Assembly (NCBI GenBank): GCA_965368975.1
Contig: CBDUPA010000002.1
Location: forward strand, 512,001 to 576,000
Direction of reading: 5' to 3'
From: an uncultured bacterium
GTDB taxonomy: Bacteria; Acidobacteriota; Thermoanaerobaculia; Multivoradales; JAHZIX01
Length of the DNA: 64,000 nt
The notes under the pieces were generated by a model that saw only the letters and a list, made by a program, of their open reading frames with translations, was not told the origin of the DNA and did not search any database. Of this stretch, positions 37,072 through 46,757 are shown piece by piece. The stretch's first letter is position 1; every line of letters begins with the position of its first letter. Position numbers and translations under genes: made by a program.

Positions 37072-40000
37072 TCAGCGGCGGCGGCGAACCGTGCGGAACA
37101 GCTTTGCTCGAGCCTCCTGCAGGGCCTCTTCCTGACTGGAAGCTTCCTGAGAGGCTTGCCTCGACGAACCCTCGGCTACCTCTCCAACCTTCGGGGACGG
37201 TGCCGGGGGTTCCGTGCTTTCCAGGCTGTGCGCCAGATCCTCCAGGCGCGGGAGCTCGAAGAGGCGGCGTAGCGGCACCTCGACACCGAAGATCTGCCGG
37301 ATGCGCGAGACCACCTGGGTGGCCAACAAGGAGTGACCGCCAAGACGGAAGAAGTGGTCATCAAGGCCGATCTGCTCGCGCCCCAACACCTCGCTCCAGA
37401 TCCCGGCTAGCTGCCGCTGTGTTTCGGTGCCCGGCGCACGACGCTGCGACCTCGCGCCCACATCCACGGACATGGCGAGCTCGGCGAGAGCCCGGCGGTC
37501 GACCTTGCCGTGCGCATTGACTGGCAGACGCTCCACCACCTGGAAAGCGGACGGCAGCAGTGCCGCCGGCAGGTACTGGCGCAGATAGTCAAGCAGGCTC
37601 TCGGTGTCGAGAGCCGCGCTCGACCCGTCCACCAACTCCACGAACGCGAGCAGCTGGACAGCGGCCCCATCTCGTTGTGCCGGCACTGCCCGCTGCACGT
37701 ACACCGCCGCTTGCCGCACGTGCGAGTATCCCTCGAGCAGGGTCTCGATCTCCCCTGGTTCCAGTCGAATCCCACGCACCTTGACCTGGAAATCACGCCT
37801 GCCGACAAAGGCGAGCGTACCGTCGTGGTGCCAGCGGACCAGGTCTCCCGTGCGGTAGCAGCGCTCACCCGGCACACCATCGACGCCTCCTGGAACACCC
37901 GGCACGAAGGCAACGGCAGTCAAGGCCGGACGGCGGTGGTACCCGCGCGCCAGCGATGCGCCGGAGATACTCAACTCGCCCGGTACGCCGGCGGGCACGG
38001 GCTGGCCGTGCGCGTCGAGCACGTGCAGGCGGCTGCCGGGTACCGGTCGACCGATCGGCGGCAGCTGCGGCCAGTTCTCGACGCTATCGTTCACGGCCAG
38101 AGAATGGCGACTGACCACGTGGCTCTCGGTGGGGCCGTACTGGTTTTCCAGGCGAGCCCTGCCAACACCTGGTCGACCAGCGAACAACACGCGCACCTCC
38201 GGCGTCACGCGCAGTGCTTCACCCGCCGTGTGCACCACGCGCAAGCTCGACGGCATCGCCCCACCGGCTGCCGCCGCCAACGCCAGCTGGCGCAGCAAGA
38301 CCACCGGCACGAACAAGCGCTCGACACCGTAGCGCGCGAGCCAGCTCAGCAAGGCCGGTGGGTCGATGCGAACTTCAGGAACCGGCATCACCAGAGTGCC
38401 TCCGCCCCGGTCTTCAGCTGCATCACTGCAGAGGGTGCTCAGCATTTCCTGTAGCGAGACGTCGAAGGTCGGTGCCGTGAACTGGAGGGTGCGACCGCGA
38501 TCCGTCCGGGCGCCTGCCGACTCAGACGCCGACACTGGCACCGCCGCCAGAGCCTCTCGCTGCCACTGCAGCAGACGCGCCAACGCGGCGTGGGACACAC
38601 ACACACCCTTGGGCTGACCGGTGGATCCCGAGGTGTAGAGCAGATAGGCCCCCTGCTGGGGCAGAATCTCCGTCCGCGGCAGCACCTTCGGACTGGAGGG
38701 CGCCGCACCAGGCTCCACGTCGATGGTACGCCCATCCCAGCGAAGCTGCTCGACGTCCCAGCCCTGGCGGCTCGCGACCTCGAAGAGCTGTGGAGCGTCG
38801 ACCCCGGCGAGCACCACATGCCGCACACCGGCGTCCTGGAGCAAGAAGGCCAGACGTTGCGGCGGGTCGTCCACCGACAGCGGCATGTAGATGCCGCCCG
38901 CGCGCAGCACCGCCAGCAGGGCTACCGCCAGGGCCGGCGAACCTGCCGCGGGCGTCAGCACCGCCACGACCTGCTCAGCAGCCACTCCGGCCGCCCGTAG
39001 TCGCACCGCCAGCTGCCCACTCTCGGCGTCGAGCTGGCGGTAGCTCAGGTGGACATCGGGCCGACCGGCGCTGACTTCGCTAGCTGCGCCCCTGCTCGCA
39101 TGCACCGCGATAGCGTGCGGAGCCTTGGCTGCCACGAGGGCAAATCGCTCCGGTGCGGTCAGCGGAGCTTTCTGACCTTCCAACAACGGCACCGCCCACT
39201 CGCGGAGCAGCTGATGGCGTGCCCCGGGCGCCAGCCAGGGCAGGTCGCCCAACCGCCGCCCCGGCGCCTCGACGATCGCCGCGAGCAGCACCCGGAATTG
39301 CTCGGCGAGGCGACGCATCGTCACCGCGTCGAACAGGTCCGCGGCATACTCCAGACCGCACACCAACCCATCCGACATCTCGGCGAGCGAGCAGTTGAGG
39401 TCGAACTTTGAAGTACCGCTGGAGGTCTGCAGCGGCTGCAGAGTGAGAGCCCCGAGCCTGGACGCCGCAGCTGCGGAAGCCTCGAGCTTGGGCGGGTCCA
39501 GATTCTGCAAAGCGAACAGCACCTGGAACAGCGGCGAACGCGCCAGATCACGCTCCGGCTCCAGCTCCTCAACCAGTTTCTCGAACGGCACGTCCTGGTG
39601 GGCGTAGGCGTCCAGAGCCCGGGCACGCACCCGCGCCAACAGCTCTCGGAAGGTGGGGCCACCGTGAGACGGGGTGTGAGAGTCAGCGTGCAGATCCCCG
39701 CGTAGCACCAGCGTGTTGGCGAAGAAGCCGATCAGCGGCTCCAGCTCGCGCCGACGGCGATTGGCCACGGGCGTACCGACCAGCAGATCCATGCTCCCCG
39801 CCTGCTGAGCGAGACGCGATTCGGGACTCATCCCTGTCTGCCGGCGCAGCAACACGAAGAAGGCTGCCAGCAAGGTGATGAAGAGGGTGCTACCGCTCTG
39901 ACGACCGAGCCGCACCAGGCCGTCGCGCAGATCCGGCGAATAGCGCACGACCACAGACCCGCCACGCAGGCTCTGCACCGCCGGACGAGGCCGGTCGGAA

Positions 40001-43000
40001 GGTAATTCGAGCACCTGCGGCGCCCCGTCGAGCACCTGGCGCCAGTGCGCGATCTCGGCATCCAGCACGGCGCCGCGCAGCCACCGGCGCTGCCAGGCCG
40101 CGAAGTCGCCAACCTGGACGCGCAGGATCGGCAATCTTGCCTCGGTATCGGCGTAGAAGACCGCGATTTCATGGCGCAGCAGACCCAGCGACCAGCCATC
40201 GGCGACGATGTGGTGCACCGTCAGCAAGAGGACGTGCACGTGGCACGACCGGCGCAAAAGGCGAGCTCGCAGCAGCGGCGGCCGGGACAGGTCGAAGGGA
40301 CAGCGTGCCTCACGCGCCAGCAGACGTGCTTGCTCGCTTTCCGCGGCGGCCGGCTCCAGCCTTCCGAGGTCCACGCAGGGCAGCTCGAGCGACAGCTGAT
40401 CAACGGGCTCGATCTGTTGCACCGGCTCGCCGCCGTCTACCAGCACTCGGAAGCCTGTACGCAATGCCTCCTGGCGCGTCACCACCCGGCGCAGCGCCCG
40501 CTCCAGCGCGCGCACGTCGAGAGCACCGTGCAGCTCGAAGGCGGCCGGCATGTTGTACTGCGGGCTCCCCGGGTCGAGCTGGTCGAGCAACCACAACCGC
40601 TGCTGGCCAAACGACAGCGGCGGCGGCTCGACGGGCCGACCGAGTTGCTCGACTCCTGGTACGGCCGGTTCGCGGGGCACAGGTTCCAGTGCAGGCATGG
40701 CAGCACTCAGGGGCTGCTCGCGGCGCTGCAACTGCTCGAGCTGAGCCGCCAGTGCCACGACGGTGGGCGCCTGGAAGAAGGTCGCCAGCGGCACTTCGAT
40801 ACCCAAGGCCTCGCGCAGCCGCGCAATGGCGCGCGTGGCGAGCAGCGAGTGCCCACCGAGGTCGAAGAAGTCGTCCTCCGCCCCCACCCGCAGCTCCGCG
40901 GTACGGTGCAGCACGTCGGAGAAGACATCCGCGATCACGTGCTCCAGCGGACCGCGCGGCGGCACGTACTCGGCTTCCGGCGCACCGGTCTGTGCCTGGT
41001 CAGGTGACGGCAGCTTGCCGAGCGCGATCTTGCCGCTGGCGTGCAAGGGCATCGCGTCGAGGAAGAGGAAGGCCGAGGGCACCATGTACTCTGGCAGCTT
41101 GCTTCCCAGGTGCGCGCGCAGCTCGTCGATCGTCGGCGCGGCTCCACCCGATGGCACCACGTACGCAACCAGGCGCGCATCTCCCGCAGGCTCCTTCGAC
41201 GTCCGGTGCAGCTGCACCAAGGCCCGCCCGACCCGCGCATGCTCGATGAGCGCCGCCTCGATCTCCCCCGGCTCAATGCGCAGGCCGCGCAACTTCACCT
41301 GGTGGTCCAGGCGACCGAGGATCTCCAGCTCGCCTCGGCGATTATGACGGCAGCGATCGCCCGTCCGATACAGCCGCCCACCCCCCTGCGTCAGGCGACC
41401 GTTGGCGACGAACGGGTCCGGAACGAAGCGCTCGGCGGTCAACGAGGGCCGCCCCAGGTAGCCACGACCGACCGCCTCACCGCCGATGCACAGCTCCCCC
41501 GGGATCCCGATCGGCACCCCGCGTCCCCGCGGGTCCAGTACGTGCAGATGGATGTTGGCCATCGGCCAACCCAGGGGCACCGGCGACCTCGACTCGCCCG
41601 GCGGACAGGGCAGACAGACCACCTGCATCGCCGTCTCGGTCGGTCCGCAGACATGGAAGAACTGCGTGTCCGGCAGCGTGCGCTGAAAACGTTGCACCAG
41701 CTCCGTCGGCACCGTCTCGCCGCCGCACCACACCTGGCGCAGGCTGCGACAGGCGCCGCTGTCCGGGTGGTCCAGGTACGGCCACATCATCGACGGCACG
41801 AAGTGCGTCAGCGTCACGGCTTGCTCGCGGATGAGCCTCACCAGGTACCTCGGATCACGATGCCCGCCCGGCCGCGCCAGCACCGTCGTTGCTCCGACCA
41901 TCGGGCCGAGCAGCAGCTCCCACACCGAGACGTCGAAGCTGAAAGCCCCCTTGTGCAGAATGCGGTCGTCGAAGCCGAGCCCGAGGTGCTCGATCTGCCA
42001 CAGCGTGTGGTTGACCGTTGCCCGCTGTGGGTTCATCGCTCCCTTGGGCCTGCCGGTCGAGCCGGAAGTGTAGATGACGAAGGCCAGCGGGTCCGCCTCG
42101 CAGGTCGGCGGCTGAGGCAGGGGCGGCAAGGGAACGAGCGCTCGCCGATCGATGGACTCCGTTGGCGCGCCGCTCGCGTCCAGTTCGATGACGCGCGTCG
42201 ACGTACCCGCGGCACCCGCCTGCAACAAGGACAGATCCGGCCGTGGCACGCCCAACTGGACCGCCGCCGCCGCACTCAGCGTCAGGACCACCGGCGCGTG
42301 CGTATCCTCCAGGATGAACGCCAGCCGCTCCGGCGGATCGTCGGCGTCGAGCGGCACCCAGGCGGCACCCGCCTCGAGCACCGCGCGCACCGCGATGGCC
42401 AGCGCCAAGCTGCGCGGCAACGCAATGCCGACCAGCTGGTCCGTCCCGGTGCCGCACGCTCGCAGCACCCCAGCCAGCACACGTGCCCGTGCGTCCAGTG
42501 CGCCCAGACTGAGGTGCTGACGCCCAAACACCATGGCGACGAAATCCGGCAACTCGGGCACGAAACGCCGGCCGAGATCCTGCATCGTCAGATCCAGCAG
42601 ATCACGGCCTTCCTGGTCGTGGCCTTGCTGGTCGTGGCCCTGCTCGCCGTGGCCCTGCTCGCCGTGGCCCTGCCCATCATGGAAAGCTTCCTCGAATGCC
42701 TCGTTCCACTCCACTTTCAACTGGTGACGCTCGGCAAGCGTCAGCAGGGACAAAGCCCCGAGCGGACAGTCTGGCCGCTTCAGCGCCGCCGTCAGCAGCG
42801 CACCGTAGTGGCGCAGTAGCCGGTCCATGGTCGTGGCGTCGAAGAGTTCGGCACTGTACAGCGCCACCGGCATCAGGTAGACGCCATCCCCGTCCGGCTC
42901 GGGGATCTGCTCGATCGACAGCGTCAAGTCGAAGATCGCCGTCAAGCGGCTACCGTCGAGCGCCTCCAACCGTAGGCCCGGCAAGCGCAAGCCTTCCGCT

Positions 43001-44163
43001 TGGGGTGCATTCTGCACTCCGAAGCTGACCTGGAACAGCGGATTGTGCGCCAGCGCTCGCTCCGGTCGCACCTCCTCGACGATACGGTCGAGCGGCACGT
43101 CCGCGTTTTCCCGGCCAGCCAGCGTGTCGATGCGCACCTGCTCCAGGAGCCGCGCGAAGGGCATGTCTGGTGTCAGGCGGTGGCGCATCACCATCGTGTC
43201 GACGAACAGGCCGATCAGCGCCTCCAGCTCCGGTCGCGGGCGTCCCGACACGCCATAGCCGACCACCAGGTCGCGCTGCCCACTGTGGCGGTAGAGCAGA
43301 ATTGCGTAGAGCGCCATCAGCACCATGAAGTCGGTCACACCGCCACCCAACCGTCGGCAGTGCTCCTGCAAGTCCGCTCCGAGCTGCAACGGCAATGCCA
43401 CCGCCCGTCGCCCGCCGCGGAACGTCGGCCGCACCGGCCGTGGTCGATCGCTGGGCAGGTCGAGGCCATCCGGCGCCCCGTCCAGGTGCCGCGACCAGTA
43501 TTCCAGCTGCCGTCGCCCTCGCTCGCCCTCGACCTGCTTGCGCTGCCAGCGCGCGAAGTCGGCGAACTGCAGTTTGAGTTCCGGCAGTGGCGATGGCTTG
43601 CCGTCGCAGTAGGCGGCATAGAGCACGCCAAGCTCGTGCGTCAGTACCGACATCGACCAGCGGTCGGTGACGATGTGGTGCAGCGTCGCGAACAGCACGT
43701 AGTGATCGCTGGCCATGCGCACCAGCACCACGCGCAGCAGCGGAGGCTCGTCGAGAGCGAAAGGTCGCAGGGTCTCGCGCTTCTGCAGGCGCGCACGCTC
43801 GTCGTCGCGAACCTCTGCCTGAAGACCACTGACGTCCAGTACCGGTACCGGTGGCAGAGCGGGCGGAATCGGCAGCTGCAACGGATCGCCGTCCACCTCC
43901 ACCAACGCCGTGCGCAAGACCTGGTGCCGTCGCAAGATCTCCCCGATCACCCGCTGCAGCACGTCGATGCGCAGCTTGCCGTGCAACCCGAGCACCGCAC
44001 AGCCGTTGTAGAAGTGGCTGTCGCCGTGCAGACGGTCGAGGAACCAGAGTCGCTGCTGGGCAAAGGCCAGCGGATTGCGCTTGGCGAGAAGGCGTCGCTT
44101 CTCCGGCGACAGCGCGTTCAGACGATCGGCGAGCTTCGGCGTAGCTTTGGACACGCGCGGCAT
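37072..44163 (-). CDS. Bimodular NRPS, C-A-T-C-A-T, no TE
   Basis: C1 HHIVTDRWS, A1 YTSGSTGRPKG, T1 GGHSLL, C2 HHIVADGWS, A2 YTSGSTGQPKG, T2 GGHSLL; start ATG 44163 or GTG 44154. Confidence 0.93.
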   Translation of the reverse strand: MPRVSKATPKLADRLNALSPEKRRLLAKRNPLAFAQQRLWFLDRLHGDSHFYNGCAVLGLHGKLRIDVLQRVIGEILRRHQVLRTALVEVDGDPLQLPIPPALPPVPVLDVSGLQAEVRDDERARLQKRETLRPFALDEPPLLRVVLVRMASDHYVLFATLHHIVTDRWSMSVLTHELGVLYAAYCDGKPSPLPELKLQFADFARWQRKQVEGERGRRQLEYWSRHLDGAPDGLDLPSDRPRPVRPTFRGGRRAVALPLQLGADLQEHCRRLGGGVTDFMVLMALYAILLYRHSGQRDLVVGYGVSGRPRPELEALIGLFVDTMVMRHRLTPDMPFARLLEQVRIDTLAGRENADVPLDRIVEEVRPERALAHNPLFQVSFGVQNAPQAEGLRLPGLRLEALDGSRLTAIFDLTLSIEQIPEPDGDGVYLMPVALYSAELFDATTMDRLLRHYGALLTAALKRPDCPLGALSLLTLAERHQLKVEWNEAFEEAFHDGQGHGEQGHGEQGHDQQGHDQEGRDLLDLTMQDLGRRFVPELPDFVAMVFGRQHLSLGALDARARVLAGVLRACGTGTDQLVGIALPRSLALAIAVRAVLEAGAAWVPLDADDPPERLAFILEDTHAPVVLTLSAAAAVQLGVPRPDLSLLQAGAAGTSTRVIELDASGAPTESIDRRALVPLPPLPQPPTCEADPLAFVIYTSGSTGRPKGAMNPQRATVNHTLWQIEHLGLGFDDRILHKGAFSFDVSVWELLLGPMVGATTVLARPGGHRDPRYLVRLIREQAVTLTHFVPSMMWPYLDHPDSGACRSLRQVWCGGETVPTELVQRFQRTLPDTQFFHVCGPTETAMQVVCLPCPPGESRSPVPLGWPMANIHLHVLDPRGRGVPIGIPGELCIGGEAVGRGYLGRPSLTAERFVPDPFVANGRLTQGGGRLYRTGDRCRHNRRGELEILGRLDHQVKLRGLRIEPGEIEAALIEHARVGRALVQLHRTSKEPAGDARLVAYVVPSGGAAPTIDELRAHLGSKLPEYMVPSAFLFLDAMPLHASGKIALGKLPSPDQAQTGAPEAEYVPPRGPLEHVIADVFSDVLHRTAELRVGAEDDFFDLGGHSLLATRAIARLREALGIEVPLATFFQAPTVVALAAQLEQLQRREQPLSAAMPALEPVPREPAVPGVEQLGRPVEPPPLSFGQQRLWLLDQLDPGSPQYNMPAAFELHGALDVRALERALRRVVTRQEALRTGFRVLVDGGEPVQQIEPVDQLSLELPCVDLGRLEPAAAESEQARLLAREARCPFDLSRPPLLRARLLRRSCHVHVLLLTVHHIVADGWSLGLLRHEIAVFYADTEARLPILRVQVGDFAAWQRRWLRGAVLDAEIAHWRQVLDGAPQVLELPSDRPRPAVQSLRGGSVVVRYSPDLRDGLVRLGRQSGSTLFITLLAAFFVLLRRQTGMSPESRLAQQAGSMDLLVGTPVANRRRRELEPLIGFFANTLVLRGDLHADSHTPSHGGPTFRELLARVRARALDAYAHQDVPFEKLVEELEPERDLARSPLFQVLFALQNLDPPKLEASAAAASRLGALTLQPLQTSSGTSKFDLNCSLAEMSDGLVCGLEYAADLFDAVTMRRLAEQFRVLLAAIVEAPGRRLGDLPWLAPGARHQLLREWAVPLLEGQKAPLTAPERFALVAAKAPHAIAVHASRGAASEVSAGRPDVHLSYRQLDAESGQLAVRLRAAGVAAEQVVAVLTPAAGSPALAVALLAVLRAGGIYMPLSVDDPPQRLAFLLQDAGVRHVVLAGVDAPQLFEVASRQGWDVEQLRWDGRTIDVEPGAAPSSPKVLPRTEILPQQGAYLLYTSGSTGQPKGVCVSHAALARLLQWQREALAAVPVSASESAGARTDRGRTLQFTAPTFDVSLQEMLSTLCSDAAEDRGGGTLVMPVPEVRIDPPALLSWLARYGVERLFVPVVLLRQLALAAAAGGAMPSSLRVVHTAGEALRVTPEVRVLFAGRPGVGRARLENQYGPTESHVVSRHSLAVNDSVENWPQLPPIGRPVPGSRLHVLDAHGQPVPAGVPGELSISGASLARGYHRRPALTAVAFVPGVPGGVDGVPGERCYRTGDLVRWHHDGTLAFVGRRDFQVKVRGIRLEPGEIETLLEGYSHVRQAAVYVQRAVPAQRDGAAVQLLAFVELVDGSSAALDTESLLDYLRQYLPAALLPSAFQVVERLPVNAHGKVDRRALAELAMSVDVGARSQRRAPGTETQRQLAGIWSEVLGREQIGLDDHFFRLGGHSLLATQVVSRIRQIFGVEVPLRRLFELPRLEDLAHSLESTEPPAPSPKVGEVAEGSSRQASQEASSQEEALQEARAKLFRTVRRRR

Positions 44164-44397
44164 TTTAGTCCGACTTCGCCACAGCGCCACGACGAACCGT
44201 CCAACTTCGTGTTCCCGCAGTTGCGCGGAACTTTCTTTGGCTGGCATCTTCGAGGCAAGCGCCAGTACCTTGCTAGCGGACACCAGGACCCCGCCAGAAG
44301 ACTCCAGAGCCCTGCTAGAGTCGTCCCCGCAGATCGACGTCGTCCCCGCAAGAGACTACCGTCCGGACCCGCAACCGCCGCACCAGGAGACTTCCCC

Positions 44398-45495
44398 ATG
44401 AGCCGACCCCGACGCCTGGCCGTCAACACCGGAGGCGGCGACGCCCCCGGCCTCAACGCCGTCATCCGCGCCGTCGCGCTCTCCGCTCTGCGTCGCGGCT
44501 GGGAAGTCGTCGGCATCCGTCGCGGCTACCAGGGTCTCATCGGCCCCTTGAACGAGGGCGAAGAGGGCCTGGTACCGCTGGACGAAAACGCCGTCCGAGG
44601 CATCACTCACGAAGGCGGCACCATCCTCGGCACCAGCAACCGCGGCAACCCCTTCGAGATGCCCGACGGCCAAGGCGGCACCGAGGATCGCAGCGCCGAA
44701 GTCGTCGAAGCCTTCCGCGCTCACGGCCTCGATTCCCTGATCGCCATCGGCGGCGACGGCAGCCTGTCGATCGCGCTGCAGTTCCACCAACGCTACGGCC
44801 TACCCGTGATCGGGGTACCCAAGACCATCGACAATGACCTGCAAGCCACCGAAGTCACCTTCGGCTTCGACACCGCCGTCACCACCGCCACGGACGCCAT
44901 CGACAAACTTCACTCCACGGCCGAAAGTCACGAACGCGTCATGGTCGTCGAACTCATGGGCCGCAACGCCGGCTGGATCGCCCTGCACGCCGGCATCGCG
45001 GGCACGGCGGATGTGATCCTGATCCCCGAGATCCCGTTCGACATGGAGTCCGTCTACGCCAAGATCCGGCGGCGCGAGAGCAAGGGTCGGCATTTCTGCA
45101 TCGTCGTGGTCGCGGAGGGTGCCAAGCCGCTGGGCGGGGAGCGGGTGCTACAGGAAGCCAAGGGACCGGGACATGCAGCAAGGCTGGGAGGGATTGGGGA
45201 TCACGTGGCAGAGCTGATTCGTCAGAACACCAACAAGGAGACGCGGAGCCTGACTCTGGGGCACCTGCAACGCGGCGGTACACCGACGGCGTACGATCGG
45301 TTGCTGTCGTTGCGCTTTGGGACGGCGGCGGTGCGGCTGGCGGAGAAGAGGGAGTTTGGGAAGATGGTAGCGTTGCACGCTGGAGAGATCGTGCCGGTCG
45401 ATCTGACGGAGGCAACCCAGCGGCAGAGGACGGTGCCGTTGGGTTCTGGGGTGTTGGAAACGGCACGGGACTTGGGGATTTGTTTGGGGGATTGA
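44398..45495 (+). CDS. pfkA: 6-phosphofructokinase (group III type, GGDG)
   Basis: TGGGDAPGLN, GGTILGT, IGGDGS, PKTIDND, ELMGR and LGHLQRGG motifs; AGGAG RBS. Confidence 0.93.
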   Translation: MSRPRRLAVNTGGGDAPGLNAVIRAVALSALRRGWEVVGIRRGYQGLIGPLNEGEEGLVPLDENAVRGITHEGGTILGTSNRGNPFEMPDGQGGTEDRSAEVVEAFRAHGLDSLIAIGGDGSLSIALQFHQRYGLPVIGVPKTIDNDLQATEVTFGFDTAVTTATDAIDKLHSTAESHERVMVVELMGRNAGWIALHAGIAGTADVILIPEIPFDMESVYAKIRRRESKGRHFCIVVVAEGAKPLGGERVLQEAKGPGHAARLGGIGDHVAELIRQNTNKETRSLTLGHLQRGGTPTAYDRLLSLRFGTAAVRLAEKREFGKMVALHAGEIVPVDLTEATQRQRTVPLGSGVLETARDLGICLGD

Positions 45496-45516
45496 CACTG
45501 CAAGCAGGACACTCGG

Positions 45517-45972
45517 CTAACCAGCCTGCGCCCAAGCTGCGGCCATCAGGTCGAAACCCTCCTGCCACCCCATCTCCGTCGCCGACGTCTCTCCCTCTTC
45601 CAGATCCTGTAACTCTTCGGCGATGTCCTCGCCCGCGTGCTCGAAGATGACGAGACATCCGCTTTCATCACCCTCAATGGTGACCGTGATCGTGTCCGCG
45701 TTGTCGGAGAACTGCGGCATGGCGAAGGAATAGCTCAGCCGAGACGGTCGTTCGACCTCCAAGTAGGTTCCCGTGGCAACGTAAGTCTCGCCCTCTTCTG
45801 TGCGCGTGATCGTCCACTCGCCGTCGACACGTAGGTCGATCTCGAACTCGACGTTCTCGCCCCACCAGACGCGCATCTGGTCCGGGATCGTCAGCGTGTC
45901 GAAGACCGTTTCTGGTGCAACATCGAAACGGCGTTCGATGCGAAGGACGGGTCGGTCACCTTGTTGCGTCAT
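45517..45972 (-). CDS. SRPBCC/AHSA1-like domain protein
   Basis: ERRFDVAPETVF..WWG..DLRVDGEW..GTYLEVERPSRL..GW pattern; GAGGAG RBS. Confidence 0.85.
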   Translation of the reverse strand: MTQQGDRPVLRIERRFDVAPETVFDTLTIPDQMRVWWGENVEFEIDLRVDGEWTITRTEEGETYVATGTYLEVERPSRLSYSFAMPQFSDNADTITVTIEGDESGCLVIFEHAGEDIAEELQDLEEGETSATEMGWQEGFDLMAAAWAQAG

Positions 45973-46020
45973 TGCTCTCTCCTCAGGTTGTTCACTCACG
46001 CTTACCGCCCTTGTCCTGGC

Positions 46021-46740
46021 CTACCGCTCAGGCTCCGTGTCTTCGAGAAGGCGCACGATCTCTGCCTCCACGACGGCAAGGTCGATCTTCCCCGACCACT
46101 GTCCGACGATCTGGCCTTGTGCGTCGATCAGGTATTGCGTCGGCACCACCTTCACCCGGTACGAGGACCAGGCGGACGCCTCGGTCGCGTCGAGGAAGAC
46201 GGGGTGCTTGGCTCGACGCTCTTCGACCATCGCTTCGACCTTCGCTGCGGCGTCGTCCCCCTCATCGATCGACACGCTGAGAACCACGAGGCCATCTTCC
46301 TGGTAGCGCTCGTGGAGACGCGTCAGGTCCGGCAGATCCTTGACGCAGGGCGGGCACCAGGTGGCCCAGAAGTCGAGCAGCACGACTTTGCCGCGGAAAC
46401 TCTCGAATTCGACCTCGGTGCCCTCTAGATCGAGCACGGTGAACGCTGGAGCTGGCCGTGGCAATACCGGTGGTAGGTAGCTCTCGGGGTCTTCGAGGAA
46501 GCGCTCACTACAAGCGGGGGAGCAGAACCCGTAGATCTGGCCCTGGTACTCGGCCGTCGCTCGCACGCGCTCTTGCCGCGTTTCGCCTTCATGGACACGG
46601 CAGACGTGGCAGATGGCCTTCTCACCCATCGTGACGTCGTCGCTCGGGGAGTCTTCCGCTGCGACGGCGCTCAGGGAGAACGCAGTGCCCACGAGGAGCC
46701 AGGCGAGCAAGGTGTAGCGGAGGGAGTTTGCGGCCTTCAT
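46021..46740 (-). CDS. Exported YHS/TRASH domain + TlpA-like thioredoxin (redoxin) fusion
   Basis: Signal peptide; CHVC..YQGQIYGFCSPAC..FLEDPESY; APAF..DLEG..GKVVLLDFWATWCPPC..VPT.YLID; GAGG RBS before ATG 46740. Confidence 0.87.
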   Translation of the reverse strand: MKAANSLRYTLLAWLLVGTAFSLSAVAAEDSPSDDVTMGEKAICHVCRVHEGETRQERVRATAEYQGQIYGFCSPACSERFLEDPESYLPPVLPRPAPAFTVLDLEGTEVEFESFRGKVVLLDFWATWCPPCVKDLPDLTRLHERYQEDGLVVLSVSIDEGDDAAAKVEAMVEERRAKHPVFLDATEASAWSSYRVKVVPTQYLIDAQGQIVGQWSGKIDLAVVEAEIVRLLEDTEPER

Positions 46741-46757
46741 GTCAGAACCTCGTAGTG

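Noticed and set aside
41041-42819. 592-aa + strand ORF and many similar long antisense or alternate-frame ORFs
   Set aside because: Typical stop-poor shadows of high-GC coding sequence, with no recognisable motifs
43000-44397. Long N-terminal extension of PfkA (831-aa ORF)
   Set aside because: Antisense shadow of the NRPS; PfkA starts at ATG 44398 after AGGAG
44398-45495. pfkA as a self-resistance target copy for the NRPS product, and its C-rich to G-rich compositional drift
   Set aside because: No evidence of duplication or altered motifs from this window alone; the drift has no sharp boundary
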